Assembly: GCF_009914755.1 (NCBI RefSeq)
Contig: NC_060946.1
Origin: the human T2T-CHM13v2.0 reference genome, Homo sapiens
Length of the DNA stretch: 64,000 nucleotides
Strand: one strand, 5' to 3'
Within the stretch, counting starts at the first letter, position 1; every line of letters begins with the position of its first letter. Under the pieces are notes generated by a model that was not told the origin of the DNA, did not search any database, and saw nothing but the letters and a program-made list of their open reading frames with translations. The position numbers and the translations under genes were made by a program. Positions 19,261-35,091 of the stretch are shown here, in pieces.

Positions 19261-20662
19261 CAACTCACCTCATCCTGGTCATCTTGGCGTCTTCATGATT
19301 ATGAGCATGAGGACTTCTAGAATTCTCTCTCTCTGTCCCCTGTCCTCTCTAGGATTCCACAGTCTTCCCAGGTGACCAATACTTGGGATCCACCTTTCAG
19401 GCAAGGTCCTCTTCTTACCCATGGGGCTTACATATCTAATCCAGTGGTTCTTACCCAGAGCTGTGCACTGGCACCAGGACACCCCAGGCACACTTGGGGC
19501 AGCCCCTAGAGATTCGGTTGGTCTAGTTTGGAGTCTTCTTCCACAAACGCGACTGTGATTGATTTACATCTGTGACTGAATCCCTAGTGAAGATGCCTAA
19601 TTGCAGCACAGTGACCTCAGTGACGCTAGCCCTAAGCATAGCCACCCAGAAGAACAGGGCATTTGGCCAAGCGAGAGTGGTGTTCTGAGGAGGGTCCTGG
19701 TCACACACCTCCATCTGTCTCCACACCTGTCTGGCCATCTGGGCCCAGCTAATCGGAGTCCAGTACCTCTTTTCTTGGTCTCAGGCCCACACAGCTTCAC
19801 TCTTCGCATGTAAGCCATGCCCCTCTGAATTTCTGATGCCACTATCTTATCTCCAGTGCTGGAGTTACTACTTCTTTCAGGGAACATCACAATTCTTTCC
19901 GCATTTGAAACTTCCCACTTTCAAAAGTTTTGTCTTTCTCAGTGTCACCTCCTCTGTCTAAGGGTAGGGCCCAGGTGTGAGAAGCAGGGAACTAAGAGAA
20001 CCATCCTGACTCTCGGGGAGCTGTTCTGCCTTGGCCCGTTGCTGTGAGGACACACGTCCATGGTACTGAGACAGCCAACAGCCCTGGGAACCAGAAACCT
20101 CACCCTCCTATGAGCAGGTCATGGCAGGTAGACACAAGCCTTGTTCTGGGGGCCAGGCTAAGAATGTCCCATGGATTGAACAGTAGAGACATTGACCCTG
20201 TTTGAGGTGTGAATTCTAGATTTGAGCTCCAGCAGTGCAGTTAGAAGCAGCCGACCTGCCTCTAGTTCCTAAGCCCTCGTACCCATCACACTGTTCTACA
20301 GAAGTGGCCACTTGATCCCCTAAAGCTGTGCCCTCAATGGACACTTTGTTCACATTTAAGTGAATATGATCCTTTTAAAAATTAAAAATACATATTTTAA
20401 AGATAGTCTTACCCTGTCACCCAAGACGGAGTGAAGTGGGATGAACACAGGTCACTGCAGCCTCAATTCCTGAAGTTGAGGAGTCAACTGCCTCTGTCTC
20501 CAAAGTAGCTGAGACTACAGGCGTACACCACACCTGGTTTCATTCAGGTGAATATAATCTTTGCTGCCAGCATCTCACCCTTTGATAGTAATCACATCCT
20601 CTTAAGAGGGCTTTGGAAACAATTGGCCTTGGCTAGCCAATCCCAGGTTTTCGCTTCCATGA

Positions 20663-21063
<401 letters not shown>

Positions 21064-21194
21064 AAGGTATTGCTTCTTTAAGAATGGAGCTGTTAATACT
21101 GCTGGTACCAGAAACATTAAAAAAGAAAAATCCTGCATGAGGGCCAGAGGAGGAGTACAGGAGAGTGAGATGGAGTGGAATCCTCCAGTGGGTG

Positions 21195-21323
21195 ATAGAT
21201 GGATGGACAGACAGATGAATAGACAGACGAACAGATGAACAGACGGACAGACATGAATAAACAGGTGGACAGACAGATGAATAGATGAACAGACAGATGG
21301 ACAACTGGATAGATGGACAGATG
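21195..21323. repeat. Degenerate (GATG/GACA)n tetranucleotide repeat
   Basis: Directly visible. Confidence 0.85.
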
Positions 21324-21811
21324 AAACTAATAATCTGAGAAATCAGAAAAGCTTCATGAAAAAAGTGGGACTGAGCTGTGTCTCCACGGATAGATATAAA
21401 AGCAGAGGACTATCCACTTGAGTTGAGAATGACCCAGTGTCCTGATCCAGAGAGGAAGCCAGCCTGGCTTGACTGGGAAATTTGTGGGAGGACTCAGAGG
21501 CCCTTAAAATGAGGCCAGGTGAGGTTGGGCTGATCCGAGCCAGCTCAGGACTCCTCTGCCACACAGCACAGCTGCCTTAGGGGACACATTACTCAGGGAG
21601 TTGCTGGGACCTACTGGGCCCAGCATTGCCACCAGCACCAACAGCTTCAGAGAGGGGGGACACACACTTGGGGTGACTCCAAGACTGTGGGTGGCACCTG
21701 CCTCAAACAGGGGACAGGCACAGGGACACCTCTCGGGGTCTGGCACCCCCACGCACTGTGCCTAGGTCCCAACAACGCCCACTGCAGCCCTGTGCCCATC
21801 ATGCCCAGAAG

Positions 21812-23628
21812 GTTTCCGCTTCAGCCTGGCCCCTGTACTGGCCCCAGGAATTTGGACCCAAGCCTCAGTCACTGGGTAAACAGCAGTGGGAACCAGCTCA
21901 TTACTCTAGGTAAGTGGCTCTTACAACCTTCCCCAGCCAGTTCCACCCTCTGTTGTCTCTGGAAAATATGTTTTCTCTCCCTGGGGTGGCTTCTCCTCTG
22001 CCCTCCCAGCCTTAATCACTGACCCCTACCTTTCTCTATGGGTCCTGGGGGAGGTGGGTTAGTCTTGAGGTAACCAGCAGAAGGGCCCCAGGTTCCAACA
22101 GCCAGACGCAGCCTGGTCCCGGGGCCTGGGCTGGGTTTAGGCAAGGTCAGAGTTCCTTCACCTCTTTCAGGGCAGGCACCCGAGGTGCGGGGCAGAGGCC
22201 AGTTCTGACTGGCACACTGCAGTAGCATCAGAGACACCCCCCGGACCCCAGGGTCTAGGCTGATGGCTGGATGCCCATCCAGCCTGGGAAGGCCACACGG
22301 GGGCCTGGGGACAAAGGGGTCACCATGAGGTGACATCAATGCAGGTGCAGAGAGGGCTCTGGGTCTAGGCTGCAGCTCTCTGGCCTCTGCTGGGTCATGA
22401 GGACACAGGGACAAAAAAAGAGGATGGGTCAGATGGGGCAAGATGGCCAGAGCCCAGCCCTCCCAGAATAGTCATCAGAGAGGAGCAGATCCCTTAGGGC
22501 AGAGACATATTTGTCCCTGGAGCCCCTTCACCCCTGGGGCCTGGCGTCTCACTGTCCATGGGTCAGTCTCCCACCTTCCTCAAAGGGCACGTTAGACTCA
22601 GGAGGTGACAAGAGGGGAGCGAATGGGGGGTGCAGAGGACTCTACGGCAGCCAGCTGAAGTCTAGACTTGTCAGAGTCCGTGGAGGCAGGCATGGGGGGC
22701 TGCTGTGTCCCGTGGTCCAGGGGAGCAGCCCCAACACCACAGTGGAGGTGAAGGGTCCTATGGTTGGGGTGGTGGGGACAAGGGAGGTGAAGAGCGGTGG
22801 AGGAGCCCCGGGGCTTGTCTGGGTGCAGCCCACCCTTCATCAGGAAAGCTGAATGGGATGGGCTGGGGCAAAGCCTGGTGCCCCAGGGGACAGGAAGCTC
22901 CAGGCCCCACCAGGCTTGGGCCTTTCCACACTCTGCCAGGATAGTCCTGTGGGCTGGGCGGGGACGTGCAAATTCCAAACTCAGACTCCAGAGACCAGAG
23001 AGGAGGGAGCACAGCCTGCCCTGGGTACACACAGGGAAACAGAGGCTGCAGAGGAGGGCTGGGCCAGGGCTCCTAGAAAAGGTGACTTGGGAAGAGCTCC
23101 TAGGAAGGTGCGGGGCTGGCTGCTCTGCAGAGGTCTTGAGTGAAAAGGAGGGGAATGAGGAGGGAAGAGGCAGCCCCGGGTGGACTGGACAGCCATGCCG
23201 TGAACCTCACAGAGACTTTAGACAGAGAGGGGGCTCTACAACACCCCAGTACTCCCTCTGCCTCTCTTGCCCCCTCCTCTGTCCACACAGGTCTGCCCAA
23301 GGCCGCCCCTTTGGACACTCTGAGGAACTCCAAGCCAACAAGATGCCTCTCATTAGTGACTTCTACCCTGATGCCGTGATGGTGGCCTGGAAGGCAGAGG
23401 GCACCACCATCACCCTGGGCATGAAGACTGCCACACCCTCCAAACAGAGAAACACAAGTACACGGTTAGCAGCTACCTGAACCTGACGTCTGACCAGTGG
23501 AGGTCCCCCAGCAGCTATGTTCTTAGGCCCCTCACCCCACCCACAGCAGCCAGGAGCTGCAGGATCCCAGGGCAGGGGTCTCCCCTCCCACCCCAAGGCA
23601 TCCAGCCCTTCTCCTTGCACCCAATAAA
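21812..23628 (+). pseudogene. IGLL4P: Immunoglobulin lambda-like pseudogene fragment (J-containing exon + C-lambda exon + polyA signal; no first exon seen)
   Basis: J-like exon 21812-21909 (RFPLQPGPCTGPR...SSGNQLITL|gtaagt). C exon from 23291 (GLPKAAP...LQANK...[18 protein letters not shown]...TPSKQ...[13 protein letters not shown]), ending TGTTCTTAG at 23526. AATAAA at 23623-23628. Several deletions and frameshifts. Confidence 0.88.
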
Positions 23629-24372
23629 CCCTCAGTAAATATCCTCATTGTTAATCAGAAATTCTGCTCCCTGTCTTCATTTCTTACCTTTCATATAATT
23701 TGACACTTCCCCCAGGTTCTCAGTGGGGGATGGGGGAATCCTGACACTCAGTGGGAAAATAGCTTGTGGGAGAGGCTCCCAGGCTCCCAGGGGCATCTGC
23801 TGGAGAAACAGGCCAGGCAAGGAGCAATCTGATCACTGAAGACCAGTCCCTCTGCCCTCTCCCTCCTCCAATTCCCCGCTGCAGCACTCCCTCCCCCAAC
23901 CCCCCGCCACTCCCTGCCTCCTTTCTGGATGGAGCTGTCCCTGGCTGGGCCTTCAGATATGCCCTCTGTCCTTGCCCTAGTAAAGACACTCTTCCCACCT
24001 ACGACCTCTTTTTCCTCAGCCTGGAAGTAACACTCTGGGCCTGGAGTTCCTCTGCCCGTGGCCCTGGCCCCTGGAATCCCCTCCTCCCTCTCTGCCCAAC
24101 TCCCCACCCCTGAGAGCTGGACTGTCCAGAATACTCCAGCACCTTCAAATTCATGAGCTGTTAAATTTGGGGCCCACCTCGATTCTTCACCTGCCAGCAG
24201 GTTCACAGGTGTAAGAAAAATCGGAGGAAGGCAAGAAGGAAACACACACAAAAGGCTTGCAGGAGGCTCAGGACACTTGCCAAAGATAGGCTCTAAGCTC
24301 CCCAGGAACCAGAGCAAGAAGGGTAACAGGAGCTCCATCATTTCTATGAGATTTAACAAAGCCTTTGCTTGA

Positions 24373-24750
<378 letters not shown>

Positions 24751-27700
24751 GCAGTGGGGATGTGTTTTACCCAATCCCTTAGTATTGATTGGATTTGGGC
24801 TCCGACACCTGCACAGGTGACTGCCTGGCAGCCCCAGAACACGGAGATGTTCTCAAGTGTGTGGCACAGAAAGTCACTGGCTGCCTTTGGGGGGCATTCT
24901 TTTTGGGAAACACCTCTCCATTGGATCCTGGGCCTCAGGTGGAAAACCAGGTCCTGCCTCGGGACTTTCTCTGTGAGGCTCCCTGGGTCTGGGGCTCCAG
25001 CCATTCTCCGAGAGGAAGGTGCCAGGAGAGAGAGCAAGGCCCAGCCCCACCTAGTCTTTCCTGCATGGTCCCTGCTCTGGTAGAGACAGGGTTTGGCCTG
25101 GCTGGGTTCCACACCTGCTGAAGGATGCACAGATGGTAGATGCCCAGTCTGACCCTGGGTCTACCCAGGGCTAACCCCCTTCCCTGAGGCCAGACTGAGG
25201 AGGCTGAGCCTGCCCAGGTCCTGCAGGTGTTCAGGGCAGCACAGACAGTGGGTGCCCAGGCCCCTGACCCAAGGTCACCCTTCCCTCTTGAGGCTGTGCT
25301 AGGCAGGGCCAGGAGACAGTACTGAACACACCAATCCCCTTGTGGCTCTGTGGGGTTGGGGACCTACACTCCTCAGTCTACATCGAGCCGGTGTAGGAGA
25401 CAGGCAGAAGCAGGAGGGTCCTCGGAGTCCACAAAGCAGAGCAGGGGCAGGTGCTCGTGTGCCCATTTCACCGAAGAGAGAACTGAGGCTCCACGGGAAG
25501 GGAAGTGACCTGCCCGGGTCAACATGGTGAGCTGCTGCCTGACCCACCCCCAGCCTCTTTCCACAGCTCCTCAGTCCTTCATTCATTCACTCACACACTC
25601 ATTCAGCAAACCCTCAGTGAGCACAGCTGTGGGCCAGGTGCTGGTGCAAGACCAGGACCACCTGCCCTGGAGAAGCTCATGAGCTGGAGGACAACAGGGA
25701 GACACCACTGCACCCCCCTGTCCTCAAGTCCCCAAGGTTGGAGCTTGGCCCAGGGAGCGCCTGGGGCAGCAGGGGCATCTCCCCCTACTTAGCAGAAGAT
25801 TTAACTGAAAGAACCATCTGACGGAGCCCCAGCTGTCATCCCTGGGCCACAGTGGGAACATCACAGTCCCTCATCAACCCTCACAGTGACCCTGAGGCCC
25901 AGGGCAGCCATGGTCCACCTCACATAGGGCAGGCCGACCATGAGGAATGCACCACGGTTGCCTCATAGCGACCCTGAGCTCTAGAGCTGCCATTGCCCAC
26001 CTTATAGAGGGGATGCTGACCAGGAGGGAGGCACCAACCAGGGCCACCCAGGCTCCGGCCAGCCTGAGAGTGGCCCAGCTGGCCCTGTGCCTGCACTGCC
26101 CTGCACCTGCTGCCCTGCCCAGCTCAGACCCTGGTCATATCCTCAGGAGTGATGGCCCCACAGCACCAGGGCAGGGTAGGTCCACACTGGGAGAGCCCCT
26201 AAAGGTACAGAGAAGAGCACTGGAGTCCAGGGAGGAGGGATTGTCCCGGCCCTGGTCCTGCCTCGCTGTGACCAGGGCTGAGGCATTTGCTCTAAATCAG
26301 ATGGGGGAGGGGCATCTGTGGCTTCCTCTACAGCCAAAACCAGAGCCCCAAATAGCCCCGGTGGGTATGGAGGGGCCTTGGGGGAGGGGAGGAAATGGGA
26401 GGGGAGGTGGCTGCTTGGGGCTCTGGGTGAGGGCTAGGAGCTCCTACTGAGCTAAGCGGATGACTCTCCTATCTGACCTGGCCCCCCATGGGGCCTGCAA
26501 AAGCACCAAGAGAGCATCCCCAGCCAGGCCTGTGGAGGGGCCCTTGACCCCTCATACTCACTGAGCCCAGTGGTGGGAAGAGGGGGCTGGTCCCCGGCCA
26601 GTATTCTCCTGAGGACACCGACACTCACTGGTAACAAGCAAACCAGACCCAGATGCTCCAAAAAGAGGCCACTGGATCCCAGCAAGCACCCACTCCCCCC
26701 AACACGAAGGTCCAAAACCAAGCTTCAGCCAACTAGAATGTGGGAACTTCCCGGGAGGTAGAGGAAACAAGTCACTGTCCACTTGCAATGCCCACCGGTT
26801 AGTGACGCAGCACAATGACAGTCACACCTCTCAGAGGGGGCTCTCCCTCGACTCTCCTTCCTGACACATCAACAAGGACAGCCTTACCAAGGGCCACACC
26901 TGGGCAGTCACCATGGGGTTCGTGGTCTCACGTGGGCCCTGCTTAAAGCCCCTGGGGATAAGCTCACTCCAGCTCATGAGAGGCCGGGGGTGACCCTGAC
27001 CCCATTTTCCGATCAGCGATAGCACAGCACATGTGGGGACCAATGAGAAATGAGTCTGGGGAGACCACGGGCTTCAGGGAGAATGTTTCGATGAGGCAAG
27101 TACAAGAGCCAGTGAGGGACTGGGTGACTTCTGTGGCCTGTGTCACAGAGCTGGGGCCATCAGATGCCCCATGTCCACTCTGAGGACAGAGTAGCCCATG
27201 GTTAGGATGACCCACCAGCCAGGCCTGGCCAGGGCACCCACAGGAGACAGGAAGGCTGTGAGGGCCCGGGGGCACGGAGCAGCTCTGAAAGGAAGGGGTG
27301 CTGGGTCCCGGGGCTCCTGGGCAGAGTGGTTGAAGAAGGTGAGACCCCAGACCAGCCAGATGGGCCCACTTCTCAGGGGACCCTGGTCAGACAAGGGAGC
27401 ACCTCCTGCTCATGGAACACAGCAAGGGGCAAGGTAGGCACAGCCAGGCTCGGAGAACTCGTATTTGGGGGAGATGTAAATCAACCCAATAGACAAGGGA
27501 GCGATGTGGTGTAGGAGATGGGGTTTGTGCTGGGGAGAAATAAGGCAGAGAGTGGGGAGTAGAGAGCACCTGTCTGGGGTCTCAGGAGGAGCGATGTCCC
27601 AAGACTGGAGGCGGCCAGGGGCTGAGGAGCCCTGACTGGGCCAGGCCTGTGGCTGGAGCTGGAGGCTCGGGTTCAGCCTCAGTTTCCCCTCTGTGAAGCT

Positions 27701-27959
27701 AGGTTCATAATAATGGAAATTGACTTTCTGGGTGGCTGGAGAGACATTCAGATGGAAAATGGATATTCTATTTTGTCTCTGTCCTTGGTTGTTGTCATCT
27801 CAGGCTGTTCCAGCCCCAGTTAGCCTCGGGTCAGCCCCCTGCCCATGTTGGTCTCCCCATGAGCTCAGGCACCTCATCCCCAGCACAGCTGGCCTGGAGA
27901 AACCAAGATTCCCTGAGGCTTAAAATAGCTGGAAAGCCAGCCCAGCTGCAGGTGCCTCC

Positions 27960-28890
27960 CTGTAGGATAAAATGTAGGAGAAGATCTTCAGGAGCTAGGA
28001 CTAGGCAAAATTTTCTTAGACTTGACACCAAAAACATAGTCTACAAAAGGAAAAATTGCTAAGCTAAGTTTCATCAAAATTTAAAAATTTGTTCTGCAAA
28101 ACACCTTGTTAAAAAGATGACAAGTTACAGACTAGGAGAAAATATTTTCAAACAACATATATGAACAAAGCACTGTTATCTTGAGTATATAAGGAACTTG
28201 CAAACTCCACACAAAAAATCAAACAATCCAATTAGAAGATGGGCAAAAGACACGAGCAGACATTTCACCAGAGATGATACACAATGGACAAATAAGCCCA
28301 TGAAAAGATCTTCAACTTCACTAGCCATTTGGGAAATGCAAATTAAAACCACAATGAAATATAATTTACACACATCAGAGTGGCTAAAATAAAAAATAGT
28401 GACAAGACAAAACTCTGCTGAAGATATAAGTGTGAATCACTCATATATTGCTGGTGGGCATATAAAATACCACAGCCACTGCAAAAGTGTGGCAGTCTCT
28501 TTTTTCTCTTTAGAGACAGGGTCTCCCTATATTGCCCAGGCTGGACTCAAATTCCTGGGCTAAAGTGATCCTCTCGCCTCAGCCTCCAGAGTAGCTGGGA
28601 CTAAAGGCACATGCTACTGTTGATGTTTGGCAGTTTCTTATACGACTGAACATGGAACTACCGTATGACCTAGCAATTACATTCTGACTCATCTATCCCA
28701 GAGAAATGACAACCTGTGCTCATACAAACAACCGTACGTGAATGTTCATTACAGCTTTAATAGCAATAGCCAAAAATCTAGAAATAACTCAGCCATCCAT
28801 CAGCAGGTGAACAGTTAAACTGTGCTACATCCATCTTATGGAATAGCACTCAGCCATCCAAAGGAATCAACTCTTGATACACTCAACCAG
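27960..28890 (+). mobile_element. Old L1M ORF2 3' fragment with a small Alu piece (~28500-28620)
   Basis: AACAATCCAATTAGAAGATGGGCAAAAGAC...GAAATGCAAATTAAAACCACAATGA motifs. Confidence 0.8.
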
Positions 28891-30036
28891 CTCAACCCTC
28901 CCCAGAACGCACCTGGGTGGGAAGGTGCACAGCAGATTGGGCCACTAGATTTACCCAGTGTGGAGGAAACAGGTACCTCCTCCTAGATTTTGTTCTTGGC
29001 AGAGATAAACCAGTGCTTCTCAGTCATTTTTGCTTTTTACTAGCCATGGGAGGTATTTTCCAGTAAAGGCTTCTATGACCAAATGCATTTGAAGGAATGT
29101 TCCATATGCTCTCCCACACGCCTTCAATTTCCTGAGAGTGACAAGAATACCAGAATAGCCAAGGTTCTAAGATATCCTTCAGGATACCTGTTTAACTTAA
29201 ACTTCCCCAAACTATTTGATTATGAGACTCTTTTCAAGCATAAACATTTTCCTTCCAGGAACATTTGTATTCTTATAAGAAAATATTAGAAAGCATTCCA
29301 GGTGACTTACCTAATGGGAGAACCTCAGGCGCCAAGCCAGATGAGATAAAAGTTTCAAATAGTGCTGATAAGGTTTTCTTGGTTCAGCTGCCTCCCTCCA
29401 ACTCAGCTGCTGTCACACTTCTAGGCAGTTTTGACTGGACTGTAAATTCCTTCTGGCTGGGGCCATGTCTCAGCACCTTGTGCAGGAGTGATACAAACTA
29501 ATGCTTCATAATAAATACTTACTCACTGACTTTCTCTTTATTCATCCCAGGTGAGCATGTTTTCCATCCCCTTCAATCTCCACACTCACGGGCAAAAGTG
29601 AGTTGTGGGTCTTGGAACTCTCAAGAAGAGGAGGAGATCTTCAATTTGCATATGCAGAATCCAAACAAGTCATCTTGAGTCCCCACAAGTAGGTGGGCTT
29701 ATTTCTCACATAACAAAATCGCCCCTCCTTTGCAGCCTCTGCACCACTGCAGATCAAGCCCAGCTAAACCTTGCTGTGCTATCCTGAAGGTATTGCTCCC
29801 AGATCCCGGCTGTCAGCTCCTGTCCAGCATCACAGGGCAAGTCCAGAGACATGATCATGTAATTGACCAGGGATGACAAATGGGTCCTCGCAGTGGACAG
29901 GTGTCTGCAGTAGGTAAGCCCTGTCAGGAGAAGAAAGAAAAGCATCATCATCTACCACCTGATACCCTTTGCCCTGTCTTATGGAGTCCCCAAAGTGCTG
30001 TCCCACACTCCCATCTTTATTTTTTTATTTTTCTGA

Positions 30037-30183
<147 letters not shown>

Positions 30184-30479
30184 TAACCCCTCCTTTTCTT
30201 CACAAGGAAAGCAAGGCTTGATGTCACTTGCTGGCTGAATGGCTTAATAGCTCTACAACCCTAGGGAAGTCTTATCACCTTGCTCAGCCACAGTCAGGGT
30301 GATGCCATCCTCCTCTGCTGGAAGCCAAAACATTTAATTGATAGGCTGGAGGCAGAGAAGGGACAGGAAAGAAGGTGGCCAATGACTCTGTGGCCTTGCT
30401 GTGCCTTTGTCTGCCTCCAATCCATACACAGAGAAAGACACTGTGAGATGTGGACAACTTTCTTTCAAATATCAGCTGA

Positions 30480-31155
30480 ATACAGGTATTCATCCAAAAG
30501 AAAGGAAATCAGTACATCAAACAGTTATCTGCATGCCCATGTTTACTGCAGCACCATTAACGATAGTACAAAATCAACCTATGTGTGGAGGAATAGTACA
30601 GAATCAACCTAAGTGTCCATCAATGAATTGACAGTTAAAGGAAATGTGGTATATGTATGCAATGGAATATTACTCAGCCATGAAAAAGGATGAAATCCTG
30701 TCACGTGCAGTAACATGAATGGAACTGAAAATCATTATGTTAAGTAAAAAAAGTGAGGCACAGAAAGACAAATATCACATGTTCTCAGTCATACATGGAA
30801 GCTAAAAAAGTATTTCTCATGAATGCGGAGAGTAGACTGGTGGTTACCAGTGGCTGGGAAGGGAAGAGTAGGAGGGGAATGAAGAGAAGTTGGTTAATGG
30901 TACAAAAATCCAGTTAGATGGAATTAAGTTCTTGTATATTATAGTAGGAAAAATATAATTAACAGTAATTTATTGTATATCTCAAAATAGCTAGAAGAAC
31001 TGTAAAGTTCCCAACATGAAGAAAACATAAATGTTTGAGGTGATGGATGTTCCAATTACCCAGACTTGATCAATACGCAGTGGATCTATCAAAATACTAC
31101 ATGCACCCCCAAAATATGTACAACTACAGTATATCTATTACAAATTTTTTTAAAA
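30480..31155 (+). mobile_element. L1MA/L1PB-type 3' end
   Basis: CCAAAAGAAAGGAAATCAGTACATC, CAACCTAAGTGTCCATCAATGAAT, GTTTGAGGTGATGGATG...CCCCCAAAATATGTACAACTA. Confidence 0.8.
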
Positions 31156-31162
31156 AGAGGGC

Positions 31163-31841
<679 letters not shown>

Positions 31842-32094
31842 TCAAAAGCACACCTACCAATGTGCCACCCCTTATCTGTCACACCCTGTCACCTGGAGGG
31901 TGTTAGGCAAAGTGCCTCAGCAAACGCCAGCCCGTGCTGTTTGCTCTGGCTGTGCCCTTTCCTTCTGGCGTTCCCCAGCCATTTCATCCTCAATTCCCAG
32001 TGAGAACCCTGGACATTTTGCAGCCTGGGGACTAAATTCTAACAGGAGGGTCAATCATAGCAATGATGATGATGATGATGACCACGATGATCTA

Positions 32095-33240
32095 ATAGCT
32101 AATACTTACACAGTACACACTATGTGCCAGGGAGCTGTTAGCAGAGTTTGCATAACTCAGTCTCGCCACAACCCAAGAAAGCAGGCGCTACTGTTATTTC
32201 CATCTTATGGATGGGGTAAGTTGAGGCCCAGACTGGTTATGTCACTTGCACAAGTTACATAACTGGAATCTGAAACCAGATCACCTGGCTCCAAAACCTG
32301 GGCTCTCAACCACCATCAGCCATGAGCCACATCATCTGATGACATTATTCCAGACCCGTATCAACCCCCAACCCTTCCTGCAGGAAGATATTTCATTTGG
32401 GTCCAAAAATACTTGCCCAATGCCTGCTCCACGCCAGCCCCTGCATTAGGCAAAAACGTGGATTGTAACGGAACAGGCAAAACCTTTGTCCTAGTAGAGT
32501 CACGCTCTCCCCGCCTCTGCAGCACTCAGGTGAGCTGCACTGTGGTTTCACAGGCCCATGCAGGTGTGTGTATAGCTGCAGGTTTTATTTCCCTAGCCTC
32601 ACAGCCTCAAGAGGAGAGATAAAATGTGTATATTCAGGGATGGAAAACACACACACATTTTCTCTCTCCCATCAAGGCTGTGAGGCTACGGAAATAAAAC
32701 CTGCTAAGAATAAATATACGGAGAAGAAAAAACAAAGCCTTGGAGTCAGGCCAGAGTCTGAGTCCCAGCTCTGCTGCTTGGTAGCTGTGTGACCTTGGGC
32801 AAGTCACTTTGTCTCTCTGTGCCTTAGTTTCCTCATCTGTTAAGTGGGAACAATCAGAATACAGATACTAGGAATTTAATTTTTAAGTTTTGGGGGAGGC
32901 ATAACGTCACTTTACTCTTCTGCTTCTGCCCATGACAGAAGGAAACTGACATTTACTGAGCACCTACAGTATGCAAGACTAGCTGCCAGGGGCTTTCTAC
33001 ATGCTCCTCACTTAATCCTGAAAACAAACCCTCCACTGTGGCACCTGGGGGTACAATGGTGATTTAATGAAACCTCTGTCCCCAGGGGTCCCCATTGTTC
33101 ACTGCCCTCTCTTAGGACTCAGGCATAAAATTTATCCCCAATCTGTAGATGATGAAACTGAGGCTCAGAACGGTTCATGTAAATTCACTGAAACCAGGCA
33201 TTCAGGTAATAGAGGAGGAGAGGTTCAAGCTCCAAAGCCA
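32095..33240. mobile_element. Several MIR fragments
   Basis: GCTGTGTGACCTTGGGCAAGTCACTT...GTTTCCTCATCTGT, GATGAAACTGAGGCTCAGA, ACATTTACTGAGCACCTAC. Confidence 0.65.
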
Positions 33241-34008
33241 GTATCTCCTGGTATCGCTGACATAGAGTAGGCACTGATAACTGCCCCTCGGAGACTACAC
33301 GGCAACAAAGACCTATGTACATCCATAGAAGGCTCTGCAGAGGATCTGGTACTTCATATTGTCACAAGAGAAGTTTCTGGGGAGCCCTGCAGGCAGAGAA
33401 GGAGGGAGATGCTTAGAATAGATTCAAACACAGCCCAGGTTTTTTGGAGAGGAGCACAACTTGTTATCTCTAGAGGGTAACTGAAATCAGCCAGTCATGA
33501 GGAGTGCAGGGAGGGTGCTATTACCTCCACCTTTACAACATCACCTCTTCCACTACCAGTGACCCAGTTTGCCCTTGAGAAATCACTCCGTCCACAACTT
33601 TCTGTCTCCGGTTTCTAAAGGGATGACTCTACCCATTATAGGACCAAAGCTGGAGTCATAGTAATGGAAGCGGAGATTGTCATATGACCCAACCTGAGCC
33701 AATGAGAATTAGGCTTGGGACTTTCATTGTAACTACCAGGAAAAAGTCTTTTTCTGCTTCAGTTTCTAAACCAGTGGGATACAGGACAGTAGCTCCTAGG
33801 AGCTATCTTTGCCACAACATAAAAAGGGCCTGCCTGTGGATGGAACCATCACAGAGGGAAGCAGAGCCAAGAGCTGAAGAAACAGAGATTCCCGTCTTGA
33901 GCATCTGAGCCTGAAGCCACTATGACTCTAAGCTTCTGTTATGCCAACAATTTTTTTTACCTGAACCAGTCTGAAGTGGGTTTCTATCACTTGCAGAAAG
34001 AGTTCTGA

Positions 34009-34308
<300 letters not shown>

Positions 34309-34636
34309 GAAAGAGTTCTGATTTCTAAAGTGACCCAGCTGAACCAAGAGCCAAACTGGGATTCAGTATCTGGCTGTTTGCTAAGTAGGTGATGCCTCAA
34401 GGATTCTCCCTGCATGGGAATTTGTGGCAACTTTTTTGGCTGAAAGAGGCAAGAGGAGTAAGGTACCAGCATTGCTGGATAAATCCAGGACTGCTGAAGG
34501 GAGTGTTGTACGCTCTTGCAATGAACAGAATGGAAGAATATCGGCATATTTATTCTCAGCACATCCCAAAGGACATCCAGAAAAATCCAGGGAGACTGGG
34601 GTGGGGGAAACATAGCCGAAGTCCTCTAGTTAGACA

Positions 34637-35091
34637 TGTGAACTCCAAATATGAGAGACAGGTCTCAGTTAATTTAGAAAGTTTATTTTGCCAAGGTTGA
34701 GGATGTGCGCCCACGGTACCGCCTCAGGAGGCTCTGACGACATGTGCCCACGGTGGTCAGAGCAGTTTGGTTTTATACATTTTAGGGAGATATGAGACAC
34801 CAATCACCGATCAATGTATGTAAGATGAGCATTGGTACTGTTCAGAAAGGCAAGACAACTTGAAGTGGGGAGGAGGCTTCCAGGTCATAGGTAGATAAGA
34901 GACAAACAGTTGCATTCTTTTGAGTTTCTGATGAGCGTCTCCAAAGGGGACAATCAGATATGCATTTATCTCAGTGAGCAGAGGGGAGACTTTCAATAGA
35001 ATGGGAGGCAGGTTTGCCTTAAGCTGTTCCCAGCTTGACTTTTCCCTTTAGCTTAGTGGTTTGGGGCCCTGAGATTTACTTTCCTTTTACA
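34637..35091 (-). mobile_element. Solo ERV1 LTR, MER4A-like
   Basis: TG...CA termini; minus strand begins TGTAAAAGGAAAGTAAATCTCAGGGCCCC and carries TATAAAA and AATAAA; 4-bp TSD-like GACA/GGCA. Confidence 0.8.

Noticed and set aside
21509-21525. ATGAGGCCAGG resembling the IGLL1 start codon context
   Set aside because: Similarity stops after 11 nt and no leader-peptide exon follows.
22797-23480. 227-aa ORF ending in C-lambda-like residues
   Set aside because: Mostly J-C intron read-through into a frameshifted C exon lacking both Ig cysteines.
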